42,263 bases of DNA from a virus: positions 1-42,263 of the IMG/VR virus record IMGVR_UViG_3300021256_000029; one strand, 5' to 3'. A model generated the notes under the pieces. The model made no database searches, was not told the DNA's origin, and saw only the letters and a program-made list of their open reading frames with translations. Each line of letters opens with the position of its first letter. Positions within the stretch are counted from its first letter, which is position 1. The translations under genes were made by a program, and so were the position numbers. This document shows, one piece after another, positions 21,859 through 31,273 of this stretch.

Positions 21859-24800
21859 TTAATTCTTGTAAATCTTGCGGGTCAAATTCTTGTACCGAAT
21901 AACGGTGTTTCCTTGGCCGTCCACGTATTGGGTGCGGTCGCCCTGTTCGCGGATTGCGGCAACGTCCTTTTCAAGCCCGGAAACGTCCGTATTCCCGCCG
22001 CCAACCAACCCGACGGCATAACCGCCCATTGCGGCGTTTGCGCGTTGGTATTTGTCCGCAAACGTACCATCGTTGAACGCATTTATTACATCCGGAATCA
22101 AATGGCCGTAACGGCGGGAATTGCGCTTGTTAATGACGGCAAAGTATTCGCCGCCCTCTGCCCGGCGTCGGGTTCCATCCGGCTTTGTTCCCAAGTCAAT
22201 GTCGTGGCCGCTTGCGTGGGAACCGCCTTGCAACAATTCAACCGTACCTTGGCCGTACTGTTCCGTTTGCCCGGCAACTTGGGCGGCCTTAATCTTGGCA
22301 AATGCAAAGGAACCCCACATTGTTACCAATGCGGCGGTGGCCAATGCCGGGCCGACAACAGGAATACCGGACAACGACGACCAAATGTTCGCCGATGCAG
22401 TAATAAGGGATGACGCTTGCGTAATGGTATCAATGGCCAATTGGGCCTTTTGGGCTTTTTGCTTTTCCTTTATGGCCGAATCTTGGTTTTTCTTTGCCAA
22501 TTCTAATTCCTTTTGCGCGGTCGTTACCTCATTGGCATAACCGGCGTTGCGGGCTTCAATTTCGGCGTCCAAAGTCTTTTGCGCCGCATCCACTTGGGCG
22601 TTGGCCGCGTTTAATGCCGCATCGGCGGCGGCGTTCCAAGAATCAACGATTGACGAAATGGATTCTTTTACGGAATCAATGGCCGTGTTCAATGCGCTTT
22701 GTTGGTCGCCGTCCAAACCAATTCCCATAAGTTCATACAAATTGTTGTATGGCAATTTCTTGGTTTCCTTTTCAATGGCCGCAATCGTGTTTTGGATGGT
22801 CTTGCGTTCGGTTTCGGTCATTTTGTAACCGGCGGCCGCATCCAATTCCAATATCTTTTGCAACCGTTCGCGTTCCATACGCAATTGAAATTCGGTTTTT
22901 TGGCGTTCGTTGGCATCCAACAAAGCAAATTCCGATGTCGCCAATTCCTGTTGCGCATCCAACAACATCAACGCCCGCTTGGACGTTAATTCGGTCGTTT
23001 GCTTCAATATGATGGCGTCCCATTTCTTGTTAATGTCCGCTTCATTTTGGCGTACATCGGCGGCCAATTGGGCGTTTTGTGCCAATTCAATGTCACGTTG
23101 CTTTTTCAACAACTCAATGGACAAATCAACCTGTTCTTGGGACCCCTCACGCGTGGCGTCCAATTGCAATTGAATCCGGGCCGCGTCGGCGTTCAATTGG
23201 TCAACGGTTATTTGTTCATTCAATTTTGCAAGTTCCTTGCGGTATTGGTCGCCCAAAAGGACCAATTGGTTGTACATTTCCGCAATTTCGGTTTCGGTCA
23301 AATCCCGTTGCGTGGCAATGGCGGTCGTCAAATCCTCAATTTGGCGTTCGTACCCAACGCGCAACGTGGTACGTTCCTTTTCGGCCCCGTCGTCCATCAA
23401 CGCAATTTCCACGTCTTGGGTTTCACGGCGGGCGGCCAAATCCCGGGCCGCAAAAGCGTTTTGCAAATCTTGCAAATCTTGGTTGTACTTTTCTTGAATG
23501 GCCATTATTTGGTCATTCAAAGCCCGGCGGGCCTTTACAGTCAAATTGGTTTCGGTCCTTAACCGGGTTTGAATGTCTTGGATTTGGCGTTGGGCGTTCG
23601 CCCTCAATTGGGCGGATTCGCGCTTGTAAGAATCGTTTATTAACGCAATGCGGGCGTCTTGCGACGAACGCAACACGTCCAATTCAGTCTTGGCAATATC
23701 TTGGGATTCCTTGCGGCGTTGGGCTAACTGTACGGCCCGGTCCGTGGAAATTTGTGCACCCTCTGTTTGCAAGTCAACGGCGATTTGAACGGAACGGCCG
23801 TAATTGTCAATTTGGCCTTGGACGGCTTCAATTGCTTTGTCAATCTTGGTGTTCTCAACCTTTCCGTCCAAGTCAACATCCACGCGCAAACGATTCTTTC
23901 CGGCGGCTTGGGCCTGTTGCAATTCCAAAAGCGTTTTTTGCAATTGCTCAACCTTGGCGCGGTTCGCTTCCAATCCGGCAACCTGTTCGCCGTATATTTC
24001 CATTTGTTTGTCGTGGGCTTTGACGCGTTCGTTGTAAATTTCATCTTCCAACGCCCGGGTTTCGGATATGGACGCGTTGCGGGCCTTGGCCACATCCAAT
24101 TCGTTTTGCAACGTTTGGATTCGTTCGTTATTGGCCCGGGTTTCCGATGCGGCCAATTGTTCCATATAATCCAATTGGGCGGCCAACGCTTTGTTCAATT
24201 TGGTTTGTTCCTTGGCGGCCCGGTTGGCCCCGGCGGCGAACGCAACCAATGCGCCAACAACAGTTATCAACGCAATTGCCAACAGGACATACGGGTTGGC
24301 GGCGGCAACGGCGTTGAATATGCGTTGCGCAACCGTGGCCCCGGCCGTGGCGGCGGTGTTCTTGGCCTTGGCCGCCGTATCCAATTGTTCGGCCTTGGTT
24401 GCCGCCTTGGTTTGCAATATGCGAATACCCGTCATTAGGTTGGATTCCTTTTGCAATGCGTTTTGAACGGCGGTCAATCCGGAAACGATACCCACGGCCG
24501 CGCCCAAATTCTTTTGTGCATCCGTGGCCGTTTCCGATGTTTGGCCCATCAACGCCATTGTTCCGGTAACGGCGGACATTCCGCCCGATGCGGCGGACGC
24601 CGCGCCCATCGTCGCATCCAATTGTTGTGTGTCGGACGACATATTTTTAACCTCTGTTTGAGCGTCGGCCATTGCGTCCTTTAATTCGGCGGCCCGGGCG
24701 GCCATCGTTTGGTATTCTTCCGAATTGGTTTCGCCTTGGGTTTTCAACAACGCCATTTGTTGAATCAACGACGTTAATTCCATTTTCAAACCCTTGGCCG

Positions 24801-25347
24801 CATCGGCATAATTACCCACGTTCAACGTGTGTTTTCCGGTCGCTTCCTGTAACCGCTTCATTTCCTCATAAATGGCGGCGGTTTCCTGTTCCAATGCGCG
24901 GCCCGCTTCCGTCCCGGAACGTTCGGCGGCGGACATTTCGTTAAGACGAATTTTGTTCAACCGGTATTGGGCGGACAATCTGTTATATGAACCCTCAACC
25001 GACGTATTTATTTGGGTAATCAGTTTGTCAATTTGGGCCGATTCCTTTTTGGCGGCGGCGGCTTCCGCAAACGCTTGGGTTGCTTTCCATTGGGCGGTCG
25101 TGACGTCACGATATTCGGTAACCAATTTGTCGGATTGTTCGGTTGCCAATTGGATGGCCTTGCGTTGTTCTTCGCTTGCGCCGGATACGTTTTGCATACC
25201 CTTTGCAATTTCGGCGGCCGCGCCCTGTATTTTTTGTTTTGCCCCGTCGTACTTGGTAATCAATTCGTCCAATTGGTCCATCAAATTGGTTATCGAATCG
25301 TCCGGCGTAATCAAATCGCGGTAATAAATTGGGTTCGGATTGTCCAT
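21859..25347 (-). CDS. Tape measure protein (1162 aa)
   Basis: Very long Q/A/E/L-rich coiled-coil sequence. Internal hydrophobic segments include AANPYVLLAIALITVVGALVAFAAG. It sits in the canonical position after the chaperone-like gene. Confidence 0.85.
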   Translation of the reverse strand: MDNPNPIYYRDLITPDDSITNLMDQLDELITKYDGAKQKIQGAAAEIAKGMQNVSGASEEQRKAIQLATEQSDKLVTEYRDVTTAQWKATQAFAEAAAAKKESAQIDKLITQINTSVEGSYNRLSAQYRLNKIRLNEMSAAERSGTEAGRALEQETAAIYEEMKRLQEATGKHTLNVGNYADAAKGLKMELTSLIQQMALLKTQGETNSEEYQTMAARAAELKDAMADAQTEVKNMSSDTQQLDATMGAASAASGGMSAVTGTMALMGQTSETATDAQKNLGAAVGIVSGLTAVQNALQKESNLMTGIRILQTKAATKAEQLDTAAKAKNTAATAGATVAQRIFNAVAAANPYVLLAIALITVVGALVAFAAGANRAAKEQTKLNKALAAQLDYMEQLAASETRANNERIQTLQNELDVAKARNASISETRALEDEIYNERVKAHDKQMEIYGEQVAGLEANRAKVEQLQKTLLELQQAQAAGKNRLRVDVDLDGKVENTKIDKAIEAVQGQIDNYGRSVQIAVDLQTEGAQISTDRAVQLAQRRKESQDIAKTELDVLRSSQDARIALINDSYKRESAQLRANAQRQIQDIQTRLRTETNLTVKARRALNDQIMAIQEKYNQDLQDLQNAFAARDLAARRETQDVEIALMDDGAEKERTTLRVGYERQIEDLTTAIATQRDLTETEIAEMYNQLVLLGDQYRKELAKLNEQITVDQLNADAARIQLQLDATREGSQEQVDLSIELLKKQRDIELAQNAQLAADVRQNEADINKKWDAIILKQTTELTSKRALMLLDAQQELATSEFALLDANERQKTEFQLRMERERLQKILELDAAAGYKMTETERKTIQNTIAAIEKETKKLPYNNLYELMGIGLDGDQQSALNTAIDSVKESISSIVDSWNAAADAALNAANAQVDAAQKTLDAEIEARNAGYANEVTTAQKELELAKKNQDSAIKEKQKAQKAQLAIDTITQASSLITASANIWSSLSGIPVVGPALATAALVTMWGSFAFAKIKAAQVAGQTEQYGQGTVELLQGGSHASGHDIDLGTKPDGTRRRAEGGEYFAVINKRNSRRYGHLIPDVINAFNDGTFADKYQRANAAMGGYAVGLVGGGNTDVSGLEKDVAAIREQGDRTQYVDGQGNTVIRYKNLTRKIYKN

Positions 25348-25421
25348 AATAGTTATTTTCGTTAAAAATCCGTTTTAACGGCGTTTTGTTTCTCAAATGA
25401 TAAATTACACGTCCCGGGTCG

Positions 25422-26207
25422 TTATCGCTTAAATTTGGCCCGTTTTTGCGCCTTTTCCGCCTGTTTCGCCCTTTCCTTGACAAAATCGAACGCATTGTAA
25501 AATTCCAAAACGGAATATTTCTTGGGTTCGACGTGCAATTGTTCCGACAAAACCAAACAAAGGTTTTCAAATTGGCGGTCAAACTGTATTTCCACGCCAT
25601 CGGAACCGGTAAACATTTTCGGGTTGGAATAGGTAATTAACGCCGTCGTCAATTTGTCCACGATTTCCGCACCCGCCGGGTCGTCAACCCCCGCCACAAT
25701 CCCATTCAAGATTTCCAACGTTCGTTTGCGCAAAATGTCGTAATATTCTTTCACGTCCGAATCGTTGAAAAGGGCCGGGAAATACAATGTTAATTCCCCG
25801 TCAATTTTTTTTTTGACCGCTTCCAATTGGGCGGTCAATTCGCTTTCGGGAACGTCGTTCAACTTTTCCGTAATGGCGGCCAACGCATCGTCCCCAATGT
25901 CGGTGCAATCTTGGCCATCAATCTTTGTTACCAACGCGGCAAACGCCCGGTGTTTTGGATTGACGCCCGATTGAATCAAAAACACGCATTGGCGCATATT
26001 TTCCAATTCCTGTTGTGCCTGTTCGGGTTTCCCGGCCATAAGGAACCGGCGTGTTTTTTCAATGCGTTGGTCGAACGCGGTAATGTCGGAACCAATGCCC
26101 GCATCAATCAACAATAACTTTTGGTATTTGTGAAAACGCACAATCGGCAATTCTTCGATTGTGTCGTAAAATTCCACGGTGTGTTTTCCAATCTTTGCCG
26201 TTACCAT
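25422..26207 (-). CDS. Putative tail assembly chaperone (261 aa; by position)
   Basis: The ATG at 26205-26207 (MVTAKIGKHTV...) gives a 7-nt overlap (ATGGTAA) with the upstream gene. It lies directly upstream of the tape measure. It contains an A10 run (25805-25814). Confidence 0.4.
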   Translation of the reverse strand: MVTAKIGKHTVEFYDTIEELPIVRFHKYQKLLLIDAGIGSDITAFDQRIEKTRRFLMAGKPEQAQQELENMRQCVFLIQSGVNPKHRAFAALVTKIDGQDCTDIGDDALAAITEKLNDVPESELTAQLEAVKKKIDGELTLYFPALFNDSDVKEYYDILRKRTLEILNGIVAGVDDPAGAEIVDKLTTALITYSNPKMFTGSDGVEIQFDRQFENLCLVLSEQLHVEPKKYSVLEFYNAFDFVKERAKQAEKAQKRAKFKR

Positions 26208-26470
26208 AATTCCCGGGTTATCAGCGTTGAACAAATCGGCGCGGCCAACAATATCCAATGGCCGGTTGCCACGCACAAAGTTAGCGAAATTATGACGCAT
26301 ACCCACCACGAACAACAGAATTTGCAATTAAACAGTTGTTCGAAAAAGTCATTTGGCGCGTGGACCTGTAACCATTCCAACCAATGCCATTTCGTGGCCA
26401 ATGCCAACAGGAACGCGGCCGCCAATGCGACGACCGCAACCCAACATACAAATTCGCTTATTCCACACAT
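26201..26470 (-). CDS. Cys-rich three-TM membrane protein, DUF1360-like
   Basis: Hydrophobic segments flank EQLFNCKFCCSWWVCVI. This resembles the (L)LxCxWCxxxW core I associate with DUF1360 membrane proteins. 89 aa. Confidence 0.4.
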   Translation of the reverse strand: MCGISEFVCWVAVVALAAAFLLALATKWHWLEWLQVHAPNDFFEQLFNCKFCCSWWVCVIISLTLCVATGHWILLAAPICSTLITRELW

Positions 26471-27051
26471 AATTCGGCAAATTCCAAAAGCCCGTCAAAC
26501 CGGAACCCGGCGAACGGGTGCATTAAAAATTGGTTGTCAATTTCGGTCAACGTATAACCCCGGTAAATATTTTCGCAACGTTCGTATATTTTGTTGATGG
26601 CAATACGGCCGTCGCTTAAATGCCAACCGGCGCGGCCATTCAAGACGCGCAAAATGTCGGCTTTCAACTTTTCCGTGTTGCGGTTATCCGGGGCGTTGTA
26701 AACCCGGGTCAAGTCAAACCAAACAATCAGTCCGAACGGGGCTTTGATTTCACGCGCCCACGGCCCGGCGTCAATGGTTTGGGGGTCCTCAATTTCAAAG
26801 AATGAAAAATTGCCAATCTTGGAATCCGGGGAAACCTCTAAATAATCATTCGGCCCGTGGCCGTTCCATCCGCCGCAATAAACGTTCGGGGTAATTATGC
26901 GTTTCCCGTTCAACATCTTTGTAAGACGTTGGGACCGGCCAAACGCCACGTCCAACCACGGGATATTTTCAACCAATCCGGTTTGAATTTCGCCAATGAT
27001 GCGGTCCAACATTACCGGGTTTTGGATTATGGGTGCGTTGTTAGTTGCCAT
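26458..27051 (-). CDS. Tail/neck structural protein (197 aa; by position)
   Basis: ATG start with an 11-nt overlap to the upstream gene. It lies within the head-to-tail block. Confidence 0.4.
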   Translation of the reverse strand: MATNNAPIIQNPVMLDRIIGEIQTGLVENIPWLDVAFGRSQRLTKMLNGKRIITPNVYCGGWNGHGPNDYLEVSPDSKIGNFSFFEIEDPQTIDAGPWAREIKAPFGLIVWFDLTRVYNAPDNRNTEKLKADILRVLNGRAGWHLSDGRIAINKIYERCENIYRGYTLTEIDNQFLMHPFAGFRFDGLLEFAELCVE

Positions 27052-27622
27052 AAAGTCGTGTTCTTAATTCGTCCATCAATTCGTTGTATGCGCCACGTTC
27101 GACAAATACGACCATCCAATTGGCCATCATTAAACCGAACGTCGAAACGCCGTATTTTGCAATGATTCCTTTGGAATACCCGGTTGTCCCGACGATTCCA
27201 ACGGCGTCCGCGTCAAACTGTACGCCCAATTCGTCGTGAAAACGGCCATTGATATACAGGTTGGGCGCATCCGGGTTGCGTTGGGCCGAATACGGGTAAT
27301 TTATGCCCGCTTCTTTCCAAGCGGAATAACGTTTGGCCGATTCGACCGTGTAAAAATATCCAGACGGTTTCAAATCTTCGGAATAATACGGGCGTATGTC
27401 TTGACCATTGGACGCCAAACCGGCGAACAACTGTTGTTTTTGCAAATCCAAAATGTCGTCCGGGTGTTTAATGACGACGTTACGGACCAATTCGCCGGTC
27501 TGTAACCCATCATTAACGCCCGCAACGCGGGTCCGCAAGTCGTTCAATATTCCCATATCCTGTTTTTGGCCGTTTTCCGGCGATTTCCGGGCGTTTCGTT
27601 CAAAAGACGGGTAATTTATCAT
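27041..27622 (-). CDS. Head-tail joining/neck protein (193 aa; by position)
   Basis: The ATG at 27620-27622 lies about 36 nt downstream of a -7 box. An alternative ATG at 27554-27556 is possible. Confidence 0.4.
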   Translation of the reverse strand: MINYPSFERNARKSPENGQKQDMGILNDLRTRVAGVNDGLQTGELVRNVVIKHPDDILDLQKQQLFAGLASNGQDIRPYYSEDLKPSGYFYTVESAKRYSAWKEAGINYPYSAQRNPDAPNLYINGRFHDELGVQFDADAVGIVGTTGYSKGIIAKYGVSTFGLMMANWMVVFVERGAYNELMDELRTRLYGN

Positions 27623-27657
27623 TTCGAACGGGAACGCCCGTTATACGCCATTTCTTG

Positions 27658-27665
27658 CAAAATTA
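27658..27665 (-). promoter_or_regulatory. -7 box TAATTTTG directly after the stop of 27667..28983
   Basis: Exact TAnnTTTG, followed by hairpin AACGGG-CGTT-CCCGTT and then ATG 27622. Confidence 0.35.
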
Positions 27666-27666
27666 A

Positions 27667-28983
27667 CTATACCGTGCGATATTTGACGCCGTGGTTGTTG
27701 CATTGCAAACAAATCCGGTCCAATCCACGGGTATCCAAAGACAAAGCCCGGTACGCCTGTTTCAGTTCATAACCCAACCCGGTTGCCCGTCCTTGGGGTG
27801 CGCCGTCAAGTTCATACAACAGTTCGTCACGCGTGACGTTCACTTGGTTGCGGTTCACGCGAACGTCCGGGTTCATTGCGATTGTACGCAATACGTTGGC
27901 GGCAACCTGTTTTTGTATGACCGTGGCGAATATTTGCCGTTGGGAAATGATGAAATCGGTTAAATCGCAACCAACCGATATTTCCACGTTCATTCCGTAA
28001 TTCATCGTGTTGGTATAACCGATTTGGCCAATATCGAACATTCCCGGGTATTCGGCAAAGTCCAACGGGGCGTGAATCCCGAACGGGGAAACCTGTAAAT
28101 ACTTGGTCATTTGCCGCCAAGATTCAATCGAACCGCCAAGACACGTTTGGCACGGTTCCACGGACCAATCCTTGGAAACGTTCAACGCTTGCATCCCGGC
28201 GGGCAAATCGTTTTGGTTATAGCAAAGGAACCACGCGCCGCCGGAATCGTTTCCGTTGCCATCAGTCCCGGGGATATACGGCAAATATATGGGTTCTTCC
28301 GGGGTAAACCATTGGAACCCGCCTTTGGTGTTGGTAAATTCCAATTCAATTGTTTTCATCGGCGCAACTTGGGACGAATGGAACAAATACAACTTTACCT
28401 TTCCGGTCGCGCCAACCATTTGCAAACCGATTCGTTCAATTTTCGTGGTAACGCCCATCGAACGGACCGGGACGATTTCAAACCCGACAATCTTTCCGGT
28501 CGGGTCAATAGTGGCGGCCAATCGGGCGGCCCCGTCAAAGAACGTGCGACGTTCCAACAAATTCTTGGTTTCCTGTTGCAATTGCTTTTCTTGGATGTAT
28601 TGTTGGACCGCCGTGTTGATTCCGTTAATGGTCAAATGGCGCACAAAGTCGGAAAGACTGTTATACGGTTCCCAATCGGAATTTCCGTCGGCCGGTTCGG
28701 AACCGGCGTTGTCGGCCAATGCAATCCACACAACGCCGTTGTGCTTTACCTTTGCCCCGGCCTTATACGACACATCGTTTTTCCATTGGGGGTATTTGTA
28801 CAAATAATCGTCCGGCATAATCGCCCGGACATTGGCCAACGTAACAAGCGGGTGCGCACCTTGGAACGTCAACCCGCTTTCACTTTGGCACAACGCATCG
28901 TCAATTTGGTTTTGTGGGTTGTAATCCTGTTGCCAACCGACAACAGGCAACAACGCCGTTTGTATGTCTTGCAATCGTACCAT
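27667..28983 (-). CDS. Virion protein with CBM5/12-like carbohydrate-binding insert (438 aa)
   Basis: It lies immediately downstream of the major capsid gene and its terminator. Residues 67-107 (WKNDVSYKAGAKVKHNGVVWIALADNAGSEPADGNSDWEPY) fit the W-x4-Y-x2-G-x2-V-x2-NG-x2-[YW]-x-A...P...W chitin-binding type-3 pattern. Confidence 0.45.
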   Translation of the reverse strand: MVRLQDIQTALLPVVGWQQDYNPQNQIDDALCQSESGLTFQGAHPLVTLANVRAIMPDDYLYKYPQWKNDVSYKAGAKVKHNGVVWIALADNAGSEPADGNSDWEPYNSLSDFVRHLTINGINTAVQQYIQEKQLQQETKNLLERRTFFDGAARLAATIDPTGKIVGFEIVPVRSMGVTTKIERIGLQMVGATGKVKLYLFHSSQVAPMKTIELEFTNTKGGFQWFTPEEPIYLPYIPGTDGNGNDSGGAWFLCYNQNDLPAGMQALNVSKDWSVEPCQTCLGGSIESWRQMTKYLQVSPFGIHAPLDFAEYPGMFDIGQIGYTNTMNYGMNVEISVGCDLTDFIISQRQIFATVIQKQVAANVLRTIAMNPDVRVNRNQVNVTRDELLYELDGAPQGRATGLGYELKQAYRALSLDTRGLDRICLQCNNHGVKYRTV

Positions 28984-29005
28984 TTTGTTTTCCTGTTCTA
29001 AAATG

Positions 29006-29040
29006 AAAAACGGGGACGGGGTTGTTGTGACCCGTCCCCG
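29006..29040 (-). terminator. Strong intrinsic terminator after the major capsid gene
   Basis: The minus strand reads CGGGGACGGG-TCACAACAAC-CCCGTCCCCG followed by TTTTT. It lies 31 nt after the capsid stop. Confidence 0.75.
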
Positions 29041-29071
29041 CGTTAATGGTTGGTTTTAGTCCGTTCCCGTA

Positions 29072-30187
29072 TTACTGTACGGCTTGGGTATAAACCGGAT
29101 TGGTTTGGCCGTTCACGACCTCAACGGGCGCGGCAAAAGGATTGGCCGTGCCGGGCGTTGCAACCTCAACTTTGATGATGGGATTGGCAACGGTGGTGGG
29201 GTCGGAATTGTACGCAACCAAAAAGGCCACGTCAACGGAAAATCCGAAATACTCTTTGACGTTGCAAACCATATCGGCGGATGCGGCCCCGGCGATTGTG
29301 GATTGGTCGCCAACGGCGGTGTAATAGTGGGAACCCACGGGCAAATCAATGTACGGCAAACGTACAACGTCCCATTCGTGGAAATTGGCGCGGGTGCGGC
29401 TCAACGCTTCGCGGTCAACACGGGTCAACACGCCAACGTTGCCATCGGCAACAATGTAACCGGTTGCGAACACGCCGGAACCGTTCACAATGTTGTTGGT
29501 GTAATGGAACACTTTGTTGTCGTATTCCAAACGCTTGTTGACGTCGTTGTAAATGTCGTGTTCGGCCATCTTGCGTACCAATGAATCGAACCCAGCCCCG
29601 CCGATAACGTGCAACATTTCGGGGTATGCGTTGGCCCTCATCATTGCGTTCATATCGGCCAAAAATTCCATTCGTGCGTTCCACGGGATTTGGACGGAAT
29701 TGGAAACGACGTTGTAATACAACGCATCCTTGAACACTTGGGTTTTGTTCGCTTCCAATGCGGCGATTGCCTGTACATCCATTGCGGTTGCAAGGGCGCG
29801 GCAAACCTTTTCCATCTTGCGGGCAAAGTCGTGTTCGTAGGAAATTTCGTTGTTCCTGTACAATTGGGGAACCATCGTGAACCCAACGGCCAACGTTACC
29901 CAATTGACGGTGTACAACGCGGACGTGTTTTCGTCGTCGGCAATGACGCACGAACGGACGTTGGAAACGGTCACGTCGCCATCGTAATTGATAACGGGGA
30001 TTTGCACGGTGTTGCCGATGGATTCAAAGGCACGGTCGCGCAAGTTGGGGTTGATGATGGAATTGGCGGCGTTGGTTTGCTCAATGAAGAAATCCAATGC
30101 GCCGTATTCCAACGGGCGGGCCATATTACGGTCAAATTCCGGATTTTCGACACGCCAATTTTGCAAACGGGTTGCTACAAGTGACAT
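29072..30187 (-). CDS. Major capsid protein (371 aa)
   Basis: It follows the scaffold-like gene and is followed by a strong terminator. Size and composition fit an HK97-fold capsid protein. The call is by position; no diagnostic motif was seen. Confidence 0.65.
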   Translation of the reverse strand: MSLVATRLQNWRVENPEFDRNMARPLEYGALDFFIEQTNAANSIINPNLRDRAFESIGNTVQIPVINYDGDVTVSNVRSCVIADDENTSALYTVNWVTLAVGFTMVPQLYRNNEISYEHDFARKMEKVCRALATAMDVQAIAALEANKTQVFKDALYYNVVSNSVQIPWNARMEFLADMNAMMRANAYPEMLHVIGGAGFDSLVRKMAEHDIYNDVNKRLEYDNKVFHYTNNIVNGSGVFATGYIVADGNVGVLTRVDREALSRTRANFHEWDVVRLPYIDLPVGSHYYTAVGDQSTIAGAASADMVCNVKEYFGFSVDVAFLVAYNSDPTTVANPIIKVEVATPGTANPFAAPVEVVNGQTNPVYTQAVQ

Positions 30188-30258
30188 AATGCAAAAGTTT
30201 TAATTGTTAATGTTTTTGCCGGATTGACCCTTTACCCGGTGTTGTTGTTTCTGTTGGT

Positions 30259-31212
30259 TTAACGAATCGGCAACGCCTTTAACACATCGTGGTTTTCTTT
30301 CCACGCGGCCGCCATTGCGTCGTTAAATTCCTTGGACCCATTGACCAATCCGCGTTCCATCAGTTGTTTTGCAATGATTTCGTGGGCTTGGTCTTGGGAT
30401 GTTGCCCCGGAAATATCCACGGTCTTGGAACCGCCGCCGTTTCCACCTTGGCCGCCTTGGGAACCGGCCCCGGTTTGTTTGCGGCCGTCCTCAATAACAC
30501 CCATCGTTTTGAGTTCGGCGGAAACAAGTTCGGCGGCCGTGAACGGACGCAAGTTGTTTTCCGGGTTTCGTTTCGGCGTACCGTTTTCCATAAACGCCAA
30601 TACTTTGCCGCCGTTTCCGTCGTCAATGTATTCGGGGTTCATTCCCTTTACCTTTTCGACGGCCTGTTGTAACAGGACGGACGTAACAGACGCGGGCAAA
30701 TCGGCCTTGAATTTGATTCCGGCGGTTGCCTTGGCAAATTCGCCGTCAATCTTGGTCATAAACATTGCTTTGGCGTGTTCGGCCTTGGCATTGTCATATT
30801 CGGTTTTCAAATCGCCGTATTGCTTGGTTACGTTTGCCAAATCGGCCTTGGCCTGTTCCAATGCACGTTTGGTTTCCGCATCCGCGCCGCCCTTGGCAAT
30901 AACAGATTCCAAACGGGATTTCTCTTTTTCCAATTCGGAAACCTTGGTTTGCAATTCGGCGGCGTTACCCGCTTGGCCTTTGATTTCGCCAATAACACGT
31001 TTGGCGTAATCATACGTTTTTTCGGCCCCGTTCTTGGCGATACCGGACGCGGCCAAAATGTCCGCATCCAACCCGCCGTAAATTTCGCCGGTCTTTTGAC
31101 CAATAACGGCGGTTTCGTCGTTCTTGGACATTTCGACAATCGCGGTTTTCTGTTCATCCGTCAAGCCGGACAACGCGGCGTTGGCGTTCAATAATTCGGT
31201 TGTAAGTGCCAT
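30259..31212 (-). CDS. Scaffolding protein (317 aa)
   Basis: Helical/coiled-coil K/E/A-rich sequence with a G/Q-rich linker. It lies between the portal and capsid genes. Confidence 0.55.
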   Translation of the reverse strand: MALTTELLNANAALSGLTDEQKTAIVEMSKNDETAVIGQKTGEIYGGLDADILAASGIAKNGAEKTYDYAKRVIGEIKGQAGNAAELQTKVSELEKEKSRLESVIAKGGADAETKRALEQAKADLANVTKQYGDLKTEYDNAKAEHAKAMFMTKIDGEFAKATAGIKFKADLPASVTSVLLQQAVEKVKGMNPEYIDDGNGGKVLAFMENGTPKRNPENNLRPFTAAELVSAELKTMGVIEDGRKQTGAGSQGGQGGNGGGSKTVDISGATSQDQAHEIIAKQLMERGLVNGSKEFNDAMAAAWKENHDVLKALPIR

Positions 31213-31273
31213 AATTCTTTCCCTTTGAATTTTTGGTTAATGTCGTTTTACTTTTTCGTTTCGCCCGGGACGG

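Noticed and set aside
25106-25600. Alternative-frame ORF spanning the chaperone 3' end, the intergenic gap and the tape-measure 5' end, as a possible G/GT-type frameshift product.
   Set aside because: It is in the +1 frame, has a basic low-complexity translation, and runs 240 nt into the tape-measure gene. No slippery heptamer is evident at the junction. The tape-measure frame is closed by a TAA about 33 nt upstream of its ATG.
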